Shown: positions 44,752-54,276 of the stretch, piece by piece | Position numbering within the stretch: the first letter of the stretch is position 1 | Layout of the letters: every line of letters starts with the position of its first letter | IMG/VR virus record: IMGVR_UViG_3300045539_000120 | Coordinates: 1-64,000 of that record | Direction: 5' to 3' (one strand) | Source of the DNA: a virus | Length of the DNA stretch: 64,000 nucleotides | Notes under the pieces: model-generated | Told to the model about the DNA's origin: nothing | Seen by the model: the letters and a program-made list of their open reading frames with translations, nothing else | Database searches by the model: none | Made by a program: the position numbers and the translations under genes

Positions 44752-44822
44752 AGTTCAGTATTGGAATCGAACCAATATCTCAGAGTTTGCAATCCTGCGC
44801 CTAACCATTCGGCCAACCGAAC
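44752..44822 (-). tRNA. tRNA-Cys(GCA)
   Basis: acceptor GTTCGGT/ACTGAAC, anticodon loop TTGCAAA (as in E. coli tRNA-Cys), T-arm ATTGGTTCGATTCCAAT. Confidence 0.6.
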
Positions 44823-45125
44823 TTGTAAAATCAAAAAAGGACCAATCATTTCTGAAAGGTCCTTTTGAATATATTATATGTTAATAGCGCTTAGCTCATA
44901 CTAACATTTCTTTTTTCAAAAAGACCAACTTGCTTCCATTCATTATAAAAGGGACATATCGTGCCAACCATTCCTAGGACCGGTTGAAAACTATTTATAT
45001 GTTGCTGAGTTGTTTGCATTTTAATTGTTTTGTTCTTAATAAACAAGAGCGTTAATGTTCTTGTGTTAATTATATATCTATATATCTTTTTGTTTCAGTG
45101 AATTCACACTTTATTTAAATTATTT

Positions 45126-45413
45126 TCAAAAAAGTTCATTTCCATGATTCTTTATTATCTTTATGATAATATCTCCATGACATGGGCCTGGTTTGCACCA
45201 ACATCCAAGTGTCTTTCCTTTTAATTCTTGTAAACTTTCCATCAGTTCACTATTTGAAAGTAGATATTTTTCATATGCACTTATTGCTTCCTTTATTGTG
45301 TTTACTTTAAATTCTGCAAGTGTTCCATCTTTATGCGAATATGGATTTCCCCAAATACTTGGCCTTCCGATATAAACATCGTATGGTTCTTTATTTATAT
45401 GTACTACTTTCAT
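45126..45413 (-). CDS. DUF4326-like protein
   Basis: GRPSIWGNPY ... CWCKPGPCHGD pattern. Confidence 0.5.
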   Translation of the reverse strand: MKVVHINKEPYDVYIGRPSIWGNPYSHKDGTLAEFKVNTIKEAISAYEKYLLSNSELMESLQELKGKTLGCWCKPGPCHGDIIIKIIKNHGNELF

Positions 45414-45416
45414 TTG

Positions 45417-45490
45417 TGATTCGGACAGGATTCGAACCTGTGGCCTACGGTTTAGAAAACCGTTGCTCTATCCGGCTGAGCTACCGAACC
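45417..45490 (-). tRNA. tRNA-Arg(TCT)
   Basis: acceptor GGTTCGG/CCGAATC, anticodon stem ACGGT/ACCGT, loop TTTCTAA. Confidence 0.8.
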
Positions 45491-45500
45491 TAATTGTTAA

Positions 45501-45902
45501 TTATATATCAATTGCCATCTTTGTTTCAAGCGCCTTGATATGTTTACAGTGTCCTCTTCTAAATGAAGATGCTGGACAATTACAATTCCACTGCTCTCTT
45601 TTATAAGTAACTAAATATTCAGACTTGCCATTTGACGATGGTACCTTAAATTCAAGTTCTTTCTGAGATATTTCAGGTGATTTTAAGGGTTGCTTATATT
45701 TGTCAACTGTTATATCATCACTAAATTCTATATCATCTCGGGTTGTTCCTTCATCAACAGGGATCCATCCTGGACAGATATATAGACCATTTAATGTTCT
45801 TACAATTCCAAAATCCTTAAACACAGGGTGTCTTGCTATTTTATACTTACTCATACGTTTGTTTTTTATTATATACAAATATAAACAAAAAAAGCCAAAC
45901 AA
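45501..45902 (-). CDS. SWIM-type zinc-finger hypothetical protein
   Basis: WNCNCPASSFRRGHCKHIKALE (CxCx...CxH). Confidence 0.4.
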   Translation of the reverse strand: MFGFFCLYLYIIKNKRMSKYKIARHPVFKDFGIVRTLNGLYICPGWIPVDEGTTRDDIEFSDDITVDKYKQPLKSPEISQKELEFKVPSSNGKSEYLVTYKREQWNCNCPASSFRRGHCKHIKALETKMAIDI

Positions 45903-45916
45903 AAAAATGTTTGGCT
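45887..45916 (-). terminator. intrinsic terminator
   Basis: minus strand GCCAAAC-attttttt-GTTTGGC then TTTTTTT; same stem as the terminator at 39445. Confidence 0.5.
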
Positions 45917-45941
45917 ACTTATTTTCAAATAAAATTAATTT

Positions 45942-46112
45942 TTATTTTACTGAATCAATTTTAACTGTAGCAGAATCTGTTTGAACTAATGTACTATCAG
46001 TTTGAACTAATGTACTGTCAGTTGTTGTAGTTTCTTCAGTTGTTGCTGAATTGTTTTTGCAAGAAGTCAATGTTGCGATAGCTATTAAAGCTAATAAAAA
46101 TACTTTTTTCAT
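45942..46112 (-). CDS. small lipoprotein with tandem DSTLVQT repeat (56 aa)
   Basis: MKKVFLLALIAIATLTSCKNN lipobox; below ORF-track cutoff. Confidence 0.35.
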   Translation of the reverse strand: MKKVFLLALIAIATLTSCKNNSATTEETTTTDSTLVQTDSTLVQTDSATVKIDSVK

Positions 46113-46177
46113 GTTTGAATTGTTTTGATTAATTTATTATTTGATAATTATATATTTAAATTTAAAAAGGTTTCAAT

Positions 46178-46675
46178 TTATTTTTTAATTTCTTTCATTT
46201 TTTCTATAGCCCAATCGACTCCTTCATCTCCACCCCATAGTAACCAAGCAACGTATCCTCGGTCTTTCCATGGAGTGTCTTTATATTCGGGTGCAATTGT
46301 AGAATTTTTGCGATGTCTATTAAATTGTGCAATACGTGAAACTACATCTGCTGAAAGTTTTTCACCTTTAGATAATTGGCTTGCACGTTGCCATCCTACT
46401 GGAGTACCTGCATCAACTTCATCTCTACCATATTCGTCTCGCCATTCAATTGCCTGTTTTGCATTTTTCTTTGCGGCTGCAGGATAATCGCCATACGTTT
46501 CTTCTGCCTCATTTAAGGACTCTTCAACTTTTATTTCAATAGGGGAATTATCATGGCCACATTCATGGCAAATAAATGGATCTTCTCCACCATCTTCTAA
46601 TCTCCATTTCCAACCACAATTATCGCACTGTACTTGATTTGCTGAAAATTCGTCAAATAATTTTATTTTTTTCAT
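46178..46675 (-). CDS. hypothetical protein with zinc-ribbon; shares its N-terminus with the next two genes
   Basis: MKKIKLFDEF...CDNCGW...CHECGH. Confidence 0.45.
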   Translation of the reverse strand: MKKIKLFDEFSANQVQCDNCGWKWRLEDGGEDPFICHECGHDNSPIEIKVEESLNEAEETYGDYPAAAKKNAKQAIEWRDEYGRDEVDAGTPVGWQRASQLSKGEKLSADVVSRIAQFNRHRKNSTIAPEYKDTPWKDRGYVAWLLWGGDEGVDWAIEKMKEIKK

Positions 46676-46688
46676 AATTTAATACACT

Positions 46689-47702
46689 CTATTTTACCGA
46701 AATAGGATCTAAACTTGATTTATATTCTTCAGGATATTCACTAGCCATCATGCTTCTATGTTTATTTACAATTTCTTGTAATTCTTCTTCGCATTCTTTA
46801 GATATATCAATACCTAATGCCATTTTTTGAAATGATTTGTAAATTGAAAGAAACATTGATGGTCCAATTCCTGGAGCTCCATTAATTTCTGGTACCCATA
46901 AAGCACCTGATTTATCTAGGATTAAATCAATATTATAAAATTCAAGTTTAACACTCTTATTAAGTTCGTCCATGATTTCATTGATTCTATCAATATGTTC
47001 AAATGTTTCTAGGTTCTGATCAAAATAAACAAGGTCTATTTTCTCATCTATTCCTTTTTTACCAACTGACATATCATTATTCGCATTAGTAATTCTTTCA
47101 GCGATATGAATAACCTTTTTATCCATTATAAATGCACGAAATTCACGATCTATTTCTTTACCTTCTTGCCAAACATCAAACGTTGATTTACTCTTTTTAG
47201 CATCATCGTATGTATCAAATTTCTCAATACCTTGTGCACTGAAACCTTGTGATGGTTTTGCAATTATTGGCAAATCTAAGTTTTCAATATCATCTAATGA
47301 ATATACCGTCTTTGGAATAAAATTAGTATTTGGGAAAGTTTTATAAAATAATTTTTTATCAGCACTTAATTGCAAATCTTCAATTTTATTATAAACCTTT
47401 GCTTGCATATCAGATACAAAATTATGATCCGTAGAAGTAAAGTTTAAAAGTGGAACATTGTATTTAATTTTATTAAATCTTCTATTGCCTGGTATTCTGT
47501 CTTCTCTATTATATTCATCACTTCCATCAATCAAAACCATGTGGATATATTTGTCATAAAGTGTTGCCATTAATTCTTTGGTAAAATCTTCAGTTTTAGA
47601 AGTTAAACCAATAGTTCCTCTTAATGTGATTTGTAATTGTGGGATTTGGTCGTCGATGTATCTTTCATTTAAGAACTCCTCGAATAATTTGATTTTTTTC
47701 AT
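46689..47702 (-). CDS. ATP-grasp-fold ligase-like protein (paralog A)
   Basis: PIIAKPSQGFSAQGIEKF (nucleotide-binding loop-like) and EINGAPG near the C-terminus; N-terminus MKKIKLFEEF. Confidence 0.5.
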   Translation of the reverse strand: MKKIKLFEEFLNERYIDDQIPQLQITLRGTIGLTSKTEDFTKELMATLYDKYIHMVLIDGSDEYNREDRIPGNRRFNKIKYNVPLLNFTSTDHNFVSDMQAKVYNKIEDLQLSADKKLFYKTFPNTNFIPKTVYSLDDIENLDLPIIAKPSQGFSAQGIEKFDTYDDAKKSKSTFDVWQEGKEIDREFRAFIMDKKVIHIAERITNANNDMSVGKKGIDEKIDLVYFDQNLETFEHIDRINEIMDELNKSVKLEFYNIDLILDKSGALWVPEINGAPGIGPSMFLSIYKSFQKMALGIDISKECEEELQEIVNKHRSMMASEYPEEYKSSLDPISVK

Positions 47703-48646
47703 TATAATTTGATTTCAAAATTTTTAGTTTTGTCTGAGGCTGTAACCTCATCCATGTATTTACTTAGTTTATCTATTTCGGTATTAGATTCTTTAGATAG
47801 ATCTTTTTTATAAAAATCTTTAAAGATTAATTTATATAATTCATTAGGTACGTTAAAAGGTGAACCTGGGTGACTGTTTCCTTCAATTACATATATTTTA
47901 CCATCTTTGTCTTCCATAATATCGAAACAAACAAATGGTAAATCTTTGAATATTTCAGCAAATTCGGAAACAACATCACTAAAGTTTTTTGGTAATTTAT
48001 TAATGTCCTTTTTAATGTACTTAAACATCATTCGATCTTCACCGTTACCATTCCCTGATTTAGCTTTATCATTTACTGGATTTCTTTCCATCCAAAAGAA
48101 TGGAGTTCCTTTAAATAACATAACTCTATGTTCTGATTTTTTATCAACGTACACAGAATAAACATTAAATTTTGAATGATCTGCAGCATCCCAATCTTTT
48201 TGATTTTTAAAGATTTGAATACCTAATCCAGAATGTCCTTTTGCTGGTTTTGCAATTAGGGGAAATCCAATCTTTAAAGCATCTTCAGTATTATATGCAG
48301 TTTTCGGTATGTTATCATTTCCATTTACTCGTTTATGGAATTCTTTCTTAGAACCAACGATTGGATAAAATTCCGGAAGATTATATACATTTTCTTTTTT
48401 AATTCTACCAGAATCTAATAAATCTTGAGAAATTGTCTTATTGTAAGTTAATACTGGAAATTCTTTGTCAATATTAATTTTATCGTAATTTTCTGGAGTA
48501 ATCCATTTGTAAATTGAAGAATCTTTAAAATCCTTATGATTATACCACTTTTGATCTGGTCCATCCATTGTGATATAAATTTTGTGCAAATCAGAATTAT
48601 TTTCTTTCTCTGTAATAAACTCCTCAAATAATTTAATTCTTTTCAT
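47702..48646 (-). CDS. ATP-grasp-fold ligase-like protein (paralog B)
   Basis: PLIAKPAKGHSGLGIQIF and VIEGNSHPG; N-terminus MKRIKLFEEF. Confidence 0.5.
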   Translation of the reverse strand: MKRIKLFEEFITEKENNSDLHKIYITMDGPDQKWYNHKDFKDSSIYKWITPENYDKINIDKEFPVLTYNKTISQDLLDSGRIKKENVYNLPEFYPIVGSKKEFHKRVNGNDNIPKTAYNTEDALKIGFPLIAKPAKGHSGLGIQIFKNQKDWDAADHSKFNVYSVYVDKKSEHRVMLFKGTPFFWMERNPVNDKAKSGNGNGEDRMMFKYIKKDINKLPKNFSDVVSEFAEIFKDLPFVCFDIMEDKDGKIYVIEGNSHPGSPFNVPNELYKLIFKDFYKKDLSKESNTEIDKLSKYMDEVTASDKTKNFEIKL

Positions 48647-48661
48647 TTATTATATATTTAT

Positions 48662-49225
48662 TTATATACCTTTAAATTCTGCAAATGGCTTGATATCGCT
48701 TCTACCTGATTCAGAGTATATTTTATATGCATTTCTTTTATCACTGCTTGATAAATCATTGTACATTTTCAAGATTTCCTTTTCTTGTTGAGATCCTTTA
48801 TTATACACATTAGAACTATCAGAGTACATGTATGTGCTATCAAAACCTTTGAAATTTAATTCCCATCGTTCTAGTGGAGTTAAACCCTTATTAGTTAATA
48901 TGGTATGAATATCAGATTCTGACATTTTCTTTTTATTTAGATACCATTCCCAACTTCCTAAAAATCTACCAATTTTAAATGCATGCAAGGTATCTCCTGT
49001 TGTAGTTTTAATTTCGAATTTGATTCCTTTTTTATCATCTGAAATATCTTCCACTGAAGATATCCACTTATCATCAAACGTTGGAGCTAAATGTTTAGCT
49101 CTAATTGTTACATCACTTTCCAAATCATCTCTAAGTTTTTCGATATTGTTTCCAAGTTTATCACCATTCTTACTATAATCAGAATATGTTTGGTATGCTT
49201 CGAATGTCATTACTATTTTGCTCAT
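48662..49225 (-). CDS. hypothetical protein
   Basis: 187-aa ORF. Confidence 0.45.
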   Translation of the reverse strand: MSKIVMTFEAYQTYSDYSKNGDKLGNNIEKLRDDLESDVTIRAKHLAPTFDDKWISSVEDISDDKKGIKFEIKTTTGDTLHAFKIGRFLGSWEWYLNKKKMSESDIHTILTNKGLTPLERWELNFKGFDSTYMYSDSSNVYNKGSQQEKEILKMYNDLSSSDKRNAYKIYSESGRSDIKPFAEFKGI

Positions 49226-49275
49226 AATTCTTGTATTTATTTAATCTATTTATCTTTATTTTATAGTACAAATAT

Positions 49276-49325
49276 AATAAAAAATCCTGAGATAAAAAAA
49301 TCTCAGGATTAAAGTTATTAACAAT
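49276..49325 (-). terminator. intrinsic terminator followed by an isolated GTTATTAACAAT module
   Basis: 11-bp perfect stem AATCCTGAGAT-aaaaa-ATCTCAGGATT with flanking A/T runs; then aaagttattaacaat. Confidence 0.5.
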
Positions 49326-49537
49326 TAAATTGTTTCGTGATTTTTAATTTTATGTTGCTTTTTATAATGCTCAATGAAAAAATCTCCAACTCCAATTTCA
49401 TCTATAACATATTCATTTGGAATTAATGGTTTTCTAGCATTACCATTTATAATTCGGTCTGGATTTTGTTCAGTTTCAAATACAGTCATGTACTTTTTCT
49501 TTGAACTTTCAGATTTTCGGTATACAACAACTACCAT
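49325..49537 (-). CDS. hypothetical protein
   Basis: 70-aa ORF. Confidence 0.35.
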   Translation of the reverse strand: MVVVVYRKSESSKKKYMTVFETEQNPDRIINGNARKPLIPNEYVIDEIGVGDFFIEHYKKQHKIKNHETI

Positions 49538-50133
49538 TATGCTACAGATTCTTCGATGATTGCCTTACCTCTACGGATTCTATTTTTAATGGTCTGCAAT
49601 GGAAGGTTGTGCTTTTCAGCAATATCTTCATATTTCATATCATTAATAAGACGGTCAACTACGATTCCTTTGTACATTTCCTTAAGAGAATCAATTGCTT
49701 TTAAAGCATTACCATATTTTAACATTAACTCATCTTCCTCTTCAAGAAAATCTTGTTCTGTTTTCATTTCGTAATCGTCAAATGCTCCTTGTAAACCATT
49801 TGTAAATTCTCCAGCTTCATTGATTTCAACTCCAAATTCTGATAAAGCATCTAAAGATGTTTTCTTGTTTCTACTGTTGATATGTCCTAATGCATCGTTA
49901 AATGCAATTCTATATAACCAAGTGGTGATTTGATATTGTGGATCGTATTGGTCAATTTTTGTCCACAATTTTGTTAATGTATTAATAGCAATATCCTCAG
50001 ACATTTCTCTGTCCTTTACAATTTTGTTAATATAGGAAGTTAATCCCGGTTTAACTTTGTAAAATAAAGCTGTGAAATCTGCGTCTGAACGTGTTTGTAA
50101 AAAGTTTTCTGTTAATTCTCTGTAACTTGCCAT
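49537..50133 (-). CDS. sigma-70-family (ECF-like) RNA polymerase sigma factor
   Basis: region-2-like TWLYRIAFNDALGHINS and region-4 HTH IAEKHNLPLQTIKNRIRRGK. Confidence 0.7.
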   Translation of the reverse strand: MASYRELTENFLQTRSDADFTALFYKVKPGLTSYINKIVKDREMSEDIAINTLTKLWTKIDQYDPQYQITTWLYRIAFNDALGHINSRNKKTSLDALSEFGVEINEAGEFTNGLQGAFDDYEMKTEQDFLEEEDELMLKYGNALKAIDSLKEMYKGIVVDRLINDMKYEDIAEKHNLPLQTIKNRIRRGKAIIEESVA

Positions 50134-50144
50134 AAATTTGTTTT

Positions 50145-50237
50145 TATTTGTTTGTTTTAATTATAATGTAAATATAACTATAATGTTTGATATAAAAAAA
50201 CTTTTTTGCAATTATTTTCAAAAAGTTATTAACAATT
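50145..50237 (-). promoter_or_regulatory. conserved intergenic element copy
   Basis: tttgtttgttttaattataatgtaaatataactataatgtttgatataaaaaaacttttttgcaattattttcaaaaagttattaacaat. Confidence 0.5.
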
Positions 50238-50757
50238 ACTGATTAACCTCATCAAGTAATTCTATAATTTTGGAAACCTCAATAGGTTTAAAATCCCAAA
50301 GGTCACACGCACAATTAATTACGCGAGTTTTATGATTAGTTTTATGTTCTTTTGCAGGATATCCAATAATGGAATAGGTTCCTTTTGATTTTCTTGGCCA
50401 TTCACTTAATGGCCAATAGGACATAACCACGTTTGCCTCTGGATGTTCCTCGATTGCATTGTATAGGAAATCAATATCTACAATACCTGACATTTCGGCA
50501 ATATCTCTGGCCGCGTTATCATGCTCTCCTGATATAACTATAATATTTCCATTTAGAGATTTAACAACAACCTCTAGGGTTTCAGGATCCCATGCAAAAT
50601 TTCCAAGCACATATACAATATCATCAATACCAACTACCGAATTCCAAATATTTATTAGTTGGAGATCCATATCGTCAGTATCAATGAATGGCCTTTTATA
50701 CGCCCTTATGGCGCCTTTTCTACCAAATTGTTGGTTTGACGTTACGAATACTTTCAT
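50236..50757 (-). CDS. metallophosphoesterase-like protein
   Basis: DIVYVLGNF and ISGEHDN motifs (weaker than the other two MPEs). Confidence 0.45.
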   Translation of the reverse strand: MKVFVTSNQQFGRKGAIRAYKRPFIDTDDMDLQLINIWNSVVGIDDIVYVLGNFAWDPETLEVVVKSLNGNIIVISGEHDNAARDIAEMSGIVDIDFLYNAIEEHPEANVVMSYWPLSEWPRKSKGTYSIIGYPAKEHKTNHKTRVINCACDLWDFKPIEVSKIIELLDEVNQ

Positions 50758-51294
50758 TTATACTATTGCAAATTTTACATTAAAATTATCCCACAGATTT
50801 TGTAGGAATTTTTGTTCGTTTACTGCAGTAGAACCATTTACGATTTTACCATCAGGTGATGTGTCAATAAACATATACATAACAAAATCGTATGCCGTTG
50901 AATAAATTACAGATTGTCCAAATCCTTCACGAAGTGCAGAACCTCTATCACCTTTTTTAAATTCAATTGCAATAATAACTCCATCACTTTCAATTGTCAT
51001 GTCTGGTCTATTTGCAGTTCCCATAAATTGAATGTTTTTTACGGTAGTGTTTACATTACCTTCCCATTTAATCATGGTTCTTGCCTTTTCTCTAGCAAGA
51101 CCTCTACTAAAGCCTTTCTTTTCTACAACGTATTCCGTTATTTGGTCAAGCAGGTGAGGATAAATAAATTGCTTTATTTTATCCTCGCTCTGTGACTTAT
51201 AATTAATTGTTTCGAAAATATCACGCGTAGTGATTCCACCTTGGATAGCTTCTAATAGATCTATTCTTTTCTTAGATTTACTTGCTAATTTCAT
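50758..51294 (-). CDS. hypothetical protein (possible restriction-endonuclease-like fold)
   Basis: DMTIESDGVIIAIEFKKGD pattern. Confidence 0.3.
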   Translation of the reverse strand: MKLASKSKKRIDLLEAIQGGITTRDIFETINYKSQSEDKIKQFIYPHLLDQITEYVVEKKGFSRGLAREKARTMIKWEGNVNTTVKNIQFMGTANRPDMTIESDGVIIAIEFKKGDRGSALREGFGQSVIYSTAYDFVMYMFIDTSPDGKIVNGSTAVNEQKFLQNLWDNFNVKFAIV

Positions 51295-51308
51295 TTGATT
51301 TATTTTTT

Positions 51309-51815
51309 TTAAATCTGTTCTACCTCTACTGTAGGTTTTTCAGCATTTTCGATTTCAATATCTAATTCTGCTAATGCGACATGTCTTTCTTGAATAACTG
51401 TGTTGTTATCTGCCATTTCTTTCAAAGCATCGGTGATTTGAGCACCTACGTTTGTTAATAATTTTGTAAATCTACGTGCAGATTCAATTCCTACTCCATT
51501 GATATTTGTTAATACAGTGTACAATGTATTTAATTGCATACTATTTAAAGAAATTTCAGTACTTTTTTCTTTAGAGTTTGTGTTGATTTTCTTTTGATCG
51601 TTTAAAGTATCGTAAAGATTAATCAAAAATGCAGCATTCTTAATATTCCAACCATAACTCTTGTCGATTTGAGTAAGAATAGCATTTAAATTACTTGCGT
51701 TTTCAATATCTACTGAATATTCTCTAGTTGCAAGTTCCGTTTGTAATTCGTTTACTTCAATTTCTAATTGAGCACGTAAATCCTTTAATTCATTAGTTGA
51801 TTTTGCTTTTGCCAT
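51309..51815 (-). CDS. hypothetical coiled-coil protein
   Basis: 168-aa ORF. Confidence 0.4.
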   Translation of the reverse strand: MAKAKSTNELKDLRAQLEIEVNELQTELATREYSVDIENASNLNAILTQIDKSYGWNIKNAAFLINLYDTLNDQKKINTNSKEKSTEISLNSMQLNTLYTVLTNINGVGIESARRFTKLLTNVGAQITDALKEMADNNTVIQERHVALAELDIEIENAEKPTVEVEQI

Positions 51816-51832
51816 TTGTATTTTATTTATTG

Positions 51833-52312
51833 TTAAAAATTTTGATTTGTTATTATACAGTCGTAATTCAAAAAGTTTCCGAATTGCTCATTATCTGCCT
51901 GAATTCTTCTTTCGATTGTATCATCTTTGTCGTTACGTTGATATAATCTAGCTCTTCTGGTTTCCTCAGGGATGTCTAGGTAGATTACAAATAATCTGTT
52001 GCGGTATACATCATCTAGTAATTCAACAGCCTCAGCATTAAGTATCATTACATCACATCGTTCGAATTCGTCAACAGTTAAACCATATCTCCAATCGTTA
52101 AATGCTTGCCATTCTACAAATTGTCCATTGTCAATATTTAATTGAAATTCTTCTTGAGATAGGAAGTAGTAATCTTCTCCATGGATTTCTCCAGGTCGAG
52201 GTGGTCTGGTAGTGCATGAAACACCATACTCAAACCCTCTATTCATAAATCGTTTTCTTAGATAATCTTTGCCGGAAGTCGCGGCTCCTACTAATGCAAT
52301 TTTGCCTTTCAT
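51833..52312 (-). CDS. guanylate-kinase-like nucleoside monophosphate kinase
   Basis: VSCTTRPPRPGEIHGEDYYFLSQEEF closely matches the GMP-kinase substrate-binding motif. Confidence 0.55.
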   Translation of the reverse strand: MKGKIALVGAATSGKDYLRKRFMNRGFEYGVSCTTRPPRPGEIHGEDYYFLSQEEFQLNIDNGQFVEWQAFNDWRYGLTVDEFERCDVMILNAEAVELLDDVYRNRLFVIYLDIPEETRRARLYQRNDKDDTIERRIQADNEQFGNFLNYDCIITNQNF

Positions 52313-52347
52313 TTATGTGTTTTTAGAATATTATATAACCCTTTTAA

Positions 52348-52800
52348 TTAGAACGGCCCTTCGGCAACTTGCATACATGTGATACCATTGTCTCTCCACA
52401 TTTTAACTACCTTGTCTCTATCATCAAAAACACACATAACGTTATGTCCATCTTGAATCAAATCATCTAACCACATTTTTTTAAGTTTATCATCAGGCGT
52501 AAAACTTCCGTTTTTACGCATTTTCAAAAATGCAGGTTTAATTCCAAATGTTGCTAACCAATCAATGGTAACTTCTCTACTAATATCATCTCTACCACTA
52601 AAGATTCCAACTGTAAAACCTGCAAGTTGTAATGCCTTGAATGTATTAATTACTGGCCAGTTTGGTTTATCCAATCCAATATTTACTGGATTAAAAAAAG
52701 CTTTCCAATTCATTTTTCCATCAGGAAATGTGGCCAATGCTCGTCTTTCATCGATAAGGGCAAGTGTACCATCTAAATCGAAAATTACAGTCTGTGTCAT
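52348..52800 (-). CDS. HAD-superfamily phosphatase (PNK 3'-phosphatase-like)
   Basis: N-terminal VIFDLDGTL motif. Confidence 0.55.
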   Translation of the reverse strand: MTQTVIFDLDGTLALIDERRALATFPDGKMNWKAFFNPVNIGLDKPNWPVINTFKALQLAGFTVGIFSGRDDISREVTIDWLATFGIKPAFLKMRKNGSFTPDDKLKKMWLDDLIQDGHNVMCVFDDRDKVVKMWRDNGITCMQVAEGPF

Positions 52801-52801
52801 T

Positions 52802-53017
52802 TTATTTCTTTGTTGATGTTGTTGTTTTAAATAATAATGAAAATAAGAAATTTAATCCTAACGCTTGCCAAAATCCAATTTCATGGGTTCCGTCAACCGC
52901 GGGCACTAAACATCCATTCCATAATAATTGTACTGGCCATGCCAATACTATAGCTGCAAATGCTATTAAAAATATTGAAGCTAAAAATAATCCTAATCCT
53001 TGTGTTACCTTTTCCAT
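52802..53017 (-). CDS. small membrane protein
   Basis: two TM helices. Confidence 0.35.
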   Translation of the reverse strand: MEKVTQGLGLFLASIFLIAFAAIVLAWPVQLLWNGCLVPAVDGTHEIGFWQALGLNFLFSLLFKTTTSTKK

Positions 53018-53157
53018 AATTGTTTTATTGTGTTATTACTATATACTTTACTGTTTCTATTTCTTTGGTTATTCCAGAGGCAACCAATACCTTTACTTCT
53101 TCTAAATCGTGAGCTGCCATTAAATTTAATGTTTGCTCCATATAAATTAATTTCATA

Positions 53158-53388
53158 TTAATATCCTCTTTCCATTCGTTGAACTAACTCATGATGCTCA
53201 TGCTCAGAGTATAAATTAAGATTCAACCATTTATTTTCATTTATATTAAATAAATGTGTTTTAGTTTCTTCAGCATCCCACTCTTTACAAAATTCATACT
53301 CCTCTTTGGTTAAATACTCTGCGGTGTTTATTAAAGATTGAAATTTAATGTAATCCTGATTTGCCTGGTAATCTTGTTCGTTTGTCAT
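53158..53388 (-). CDS. hypothetical protein
   Basis: 76-aa ORF. Confidence 0.4.
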   Translation of the reverse strand: MTNEQDYQANQDYIKFQSLINTAEYLTKEEYEFCKEWDAEETKTHLFNINENKWLNLNLYSEHEHHELVQRMERGY

Positions 53389-53389
53389 G

Positions 53390-53470
53390 ATTTGTTTGTT
53401 TTAATTATAATGTAAATATAACTATAATATTTGACCTGTGAAAACTTATTTGCAAAAAGTTATTAACAAT
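53390..53470 (-). promoter_or_regulatory. conserved intergenic element copy
   Basis: atttgtttgttttaattataatgtaaatataactataatatttgacctgtgaaaacttatttgcaaaaagttattaacaat. Confidence 0.5.
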
Positions 53471-53612
53471 CTTCGGACTTACCCTTGTGTTTTGTCTTTT
53501 TAAAATATTTCTTTTTATTTCTATGAGGTGTTGGCATTTTTAATGCATCAAACCATTCAGTAAGTGTTAAATTAATTTTAGTTAATTTTCTGTTATGTGG
53601 GTTTTGTTCCAT
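53463..53612 (-). CDS. small basic hypothetical protein (49 aa)
   Basis: flanked by two element copies; its stop codon is the TAA inside the GTTATTAACAAT module. Confidence 0.25.
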   Translation of the reverse strand: MEQNPHNRKLTKINLTLTEWFDALKMPTPHRNKKKYFKKTKHKGKSEDC

Positions 53613-53700
53613 GTTTTTAGTATTTAATTATAATGTAAATATAATCAATTCCGGTGACATAAAAAAACTTTTAATACTTTTTTATTAAATATTTTTCATA
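53612..53700 (-). promoter_or_regulatory. conserved intergenic element copy (variant)
   Basis: tttttagtatttaattataatgtaaatataatcaattccggtgacataaaaaaactttt. Confidence 0.4.
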
Positions 53701-54273
53701 ACTTCCTTTAACTGATTTATTTGGAAAATAATACGTCTTAAATAATTTTCCATTAAGTGTTATAACCTTTGAAAAACCAGTTGGAATGCTTGCTCCTGTG
53801 GGTAATCTAGATGATTTTGAGAAATCAACGTAAATTGTAATTGTAACTATATTATTGATGGCAAGTTCCTTCTCGTATGCTTCAAGTTCCTTCCAAGGTC
53901 CACGGTTAAGGTCTTTATGTTGCAATGCACAATTTACATAAGAAAATGTTCTTTTTAAATCATTTAAGTTACAATTAAATGCAGCAGCAGGAGCCATGTG
54001 TCCCTTGTCCCATTGATTATTAAAATAGTCAGCATCATCTGATGTGTGTATTGTTGGCTCTTTATAAAATGTTAATCCACTTCTACTATAATATTTCTTA
54101 GATAATTTATTGCATGTTATTTTATATTCAATTTGAGTAGGTTGTTCCAACTCCTGTGAATAAATGATATGATATGTTTGGTTTTTAATATCTACGTTTG
54201 GAAGCGAAGTATTAAATGCTAAAAAAAGGCATGTAAACAATAATGTAAACATGCCAATTAAAATCTTCTTCAT
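53671..54273 (-). CDS. secreted DNA/RNA non-specific endonuclease (NUC/EndoG-like)
   Basis: signal peptide MKKILIGMFTLLFTCLFLA and active-site-like NQWDKGHMAPAA. Confidence 0.6.
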   Translation of the reverse strand: MKKILIGMFTLLFTCLFLAFNTSLPNVDIKNQTYHIIYSQELEQPTQIEYKITCNKLSKKYYSRSGLTFYKEPTIHTSDDADYFNNQWDKGHMAPAAAFNCNLNDLKRTFSYVNCALQHKDLNRGPWKELEAYEKELAINNIVTITIYVDFSKSSRLPTGASIPTGFSKVITLNGKLFKTYYFPNKSVKGSYEKYLIKKY

Positions 54274-54276
54274 AGA

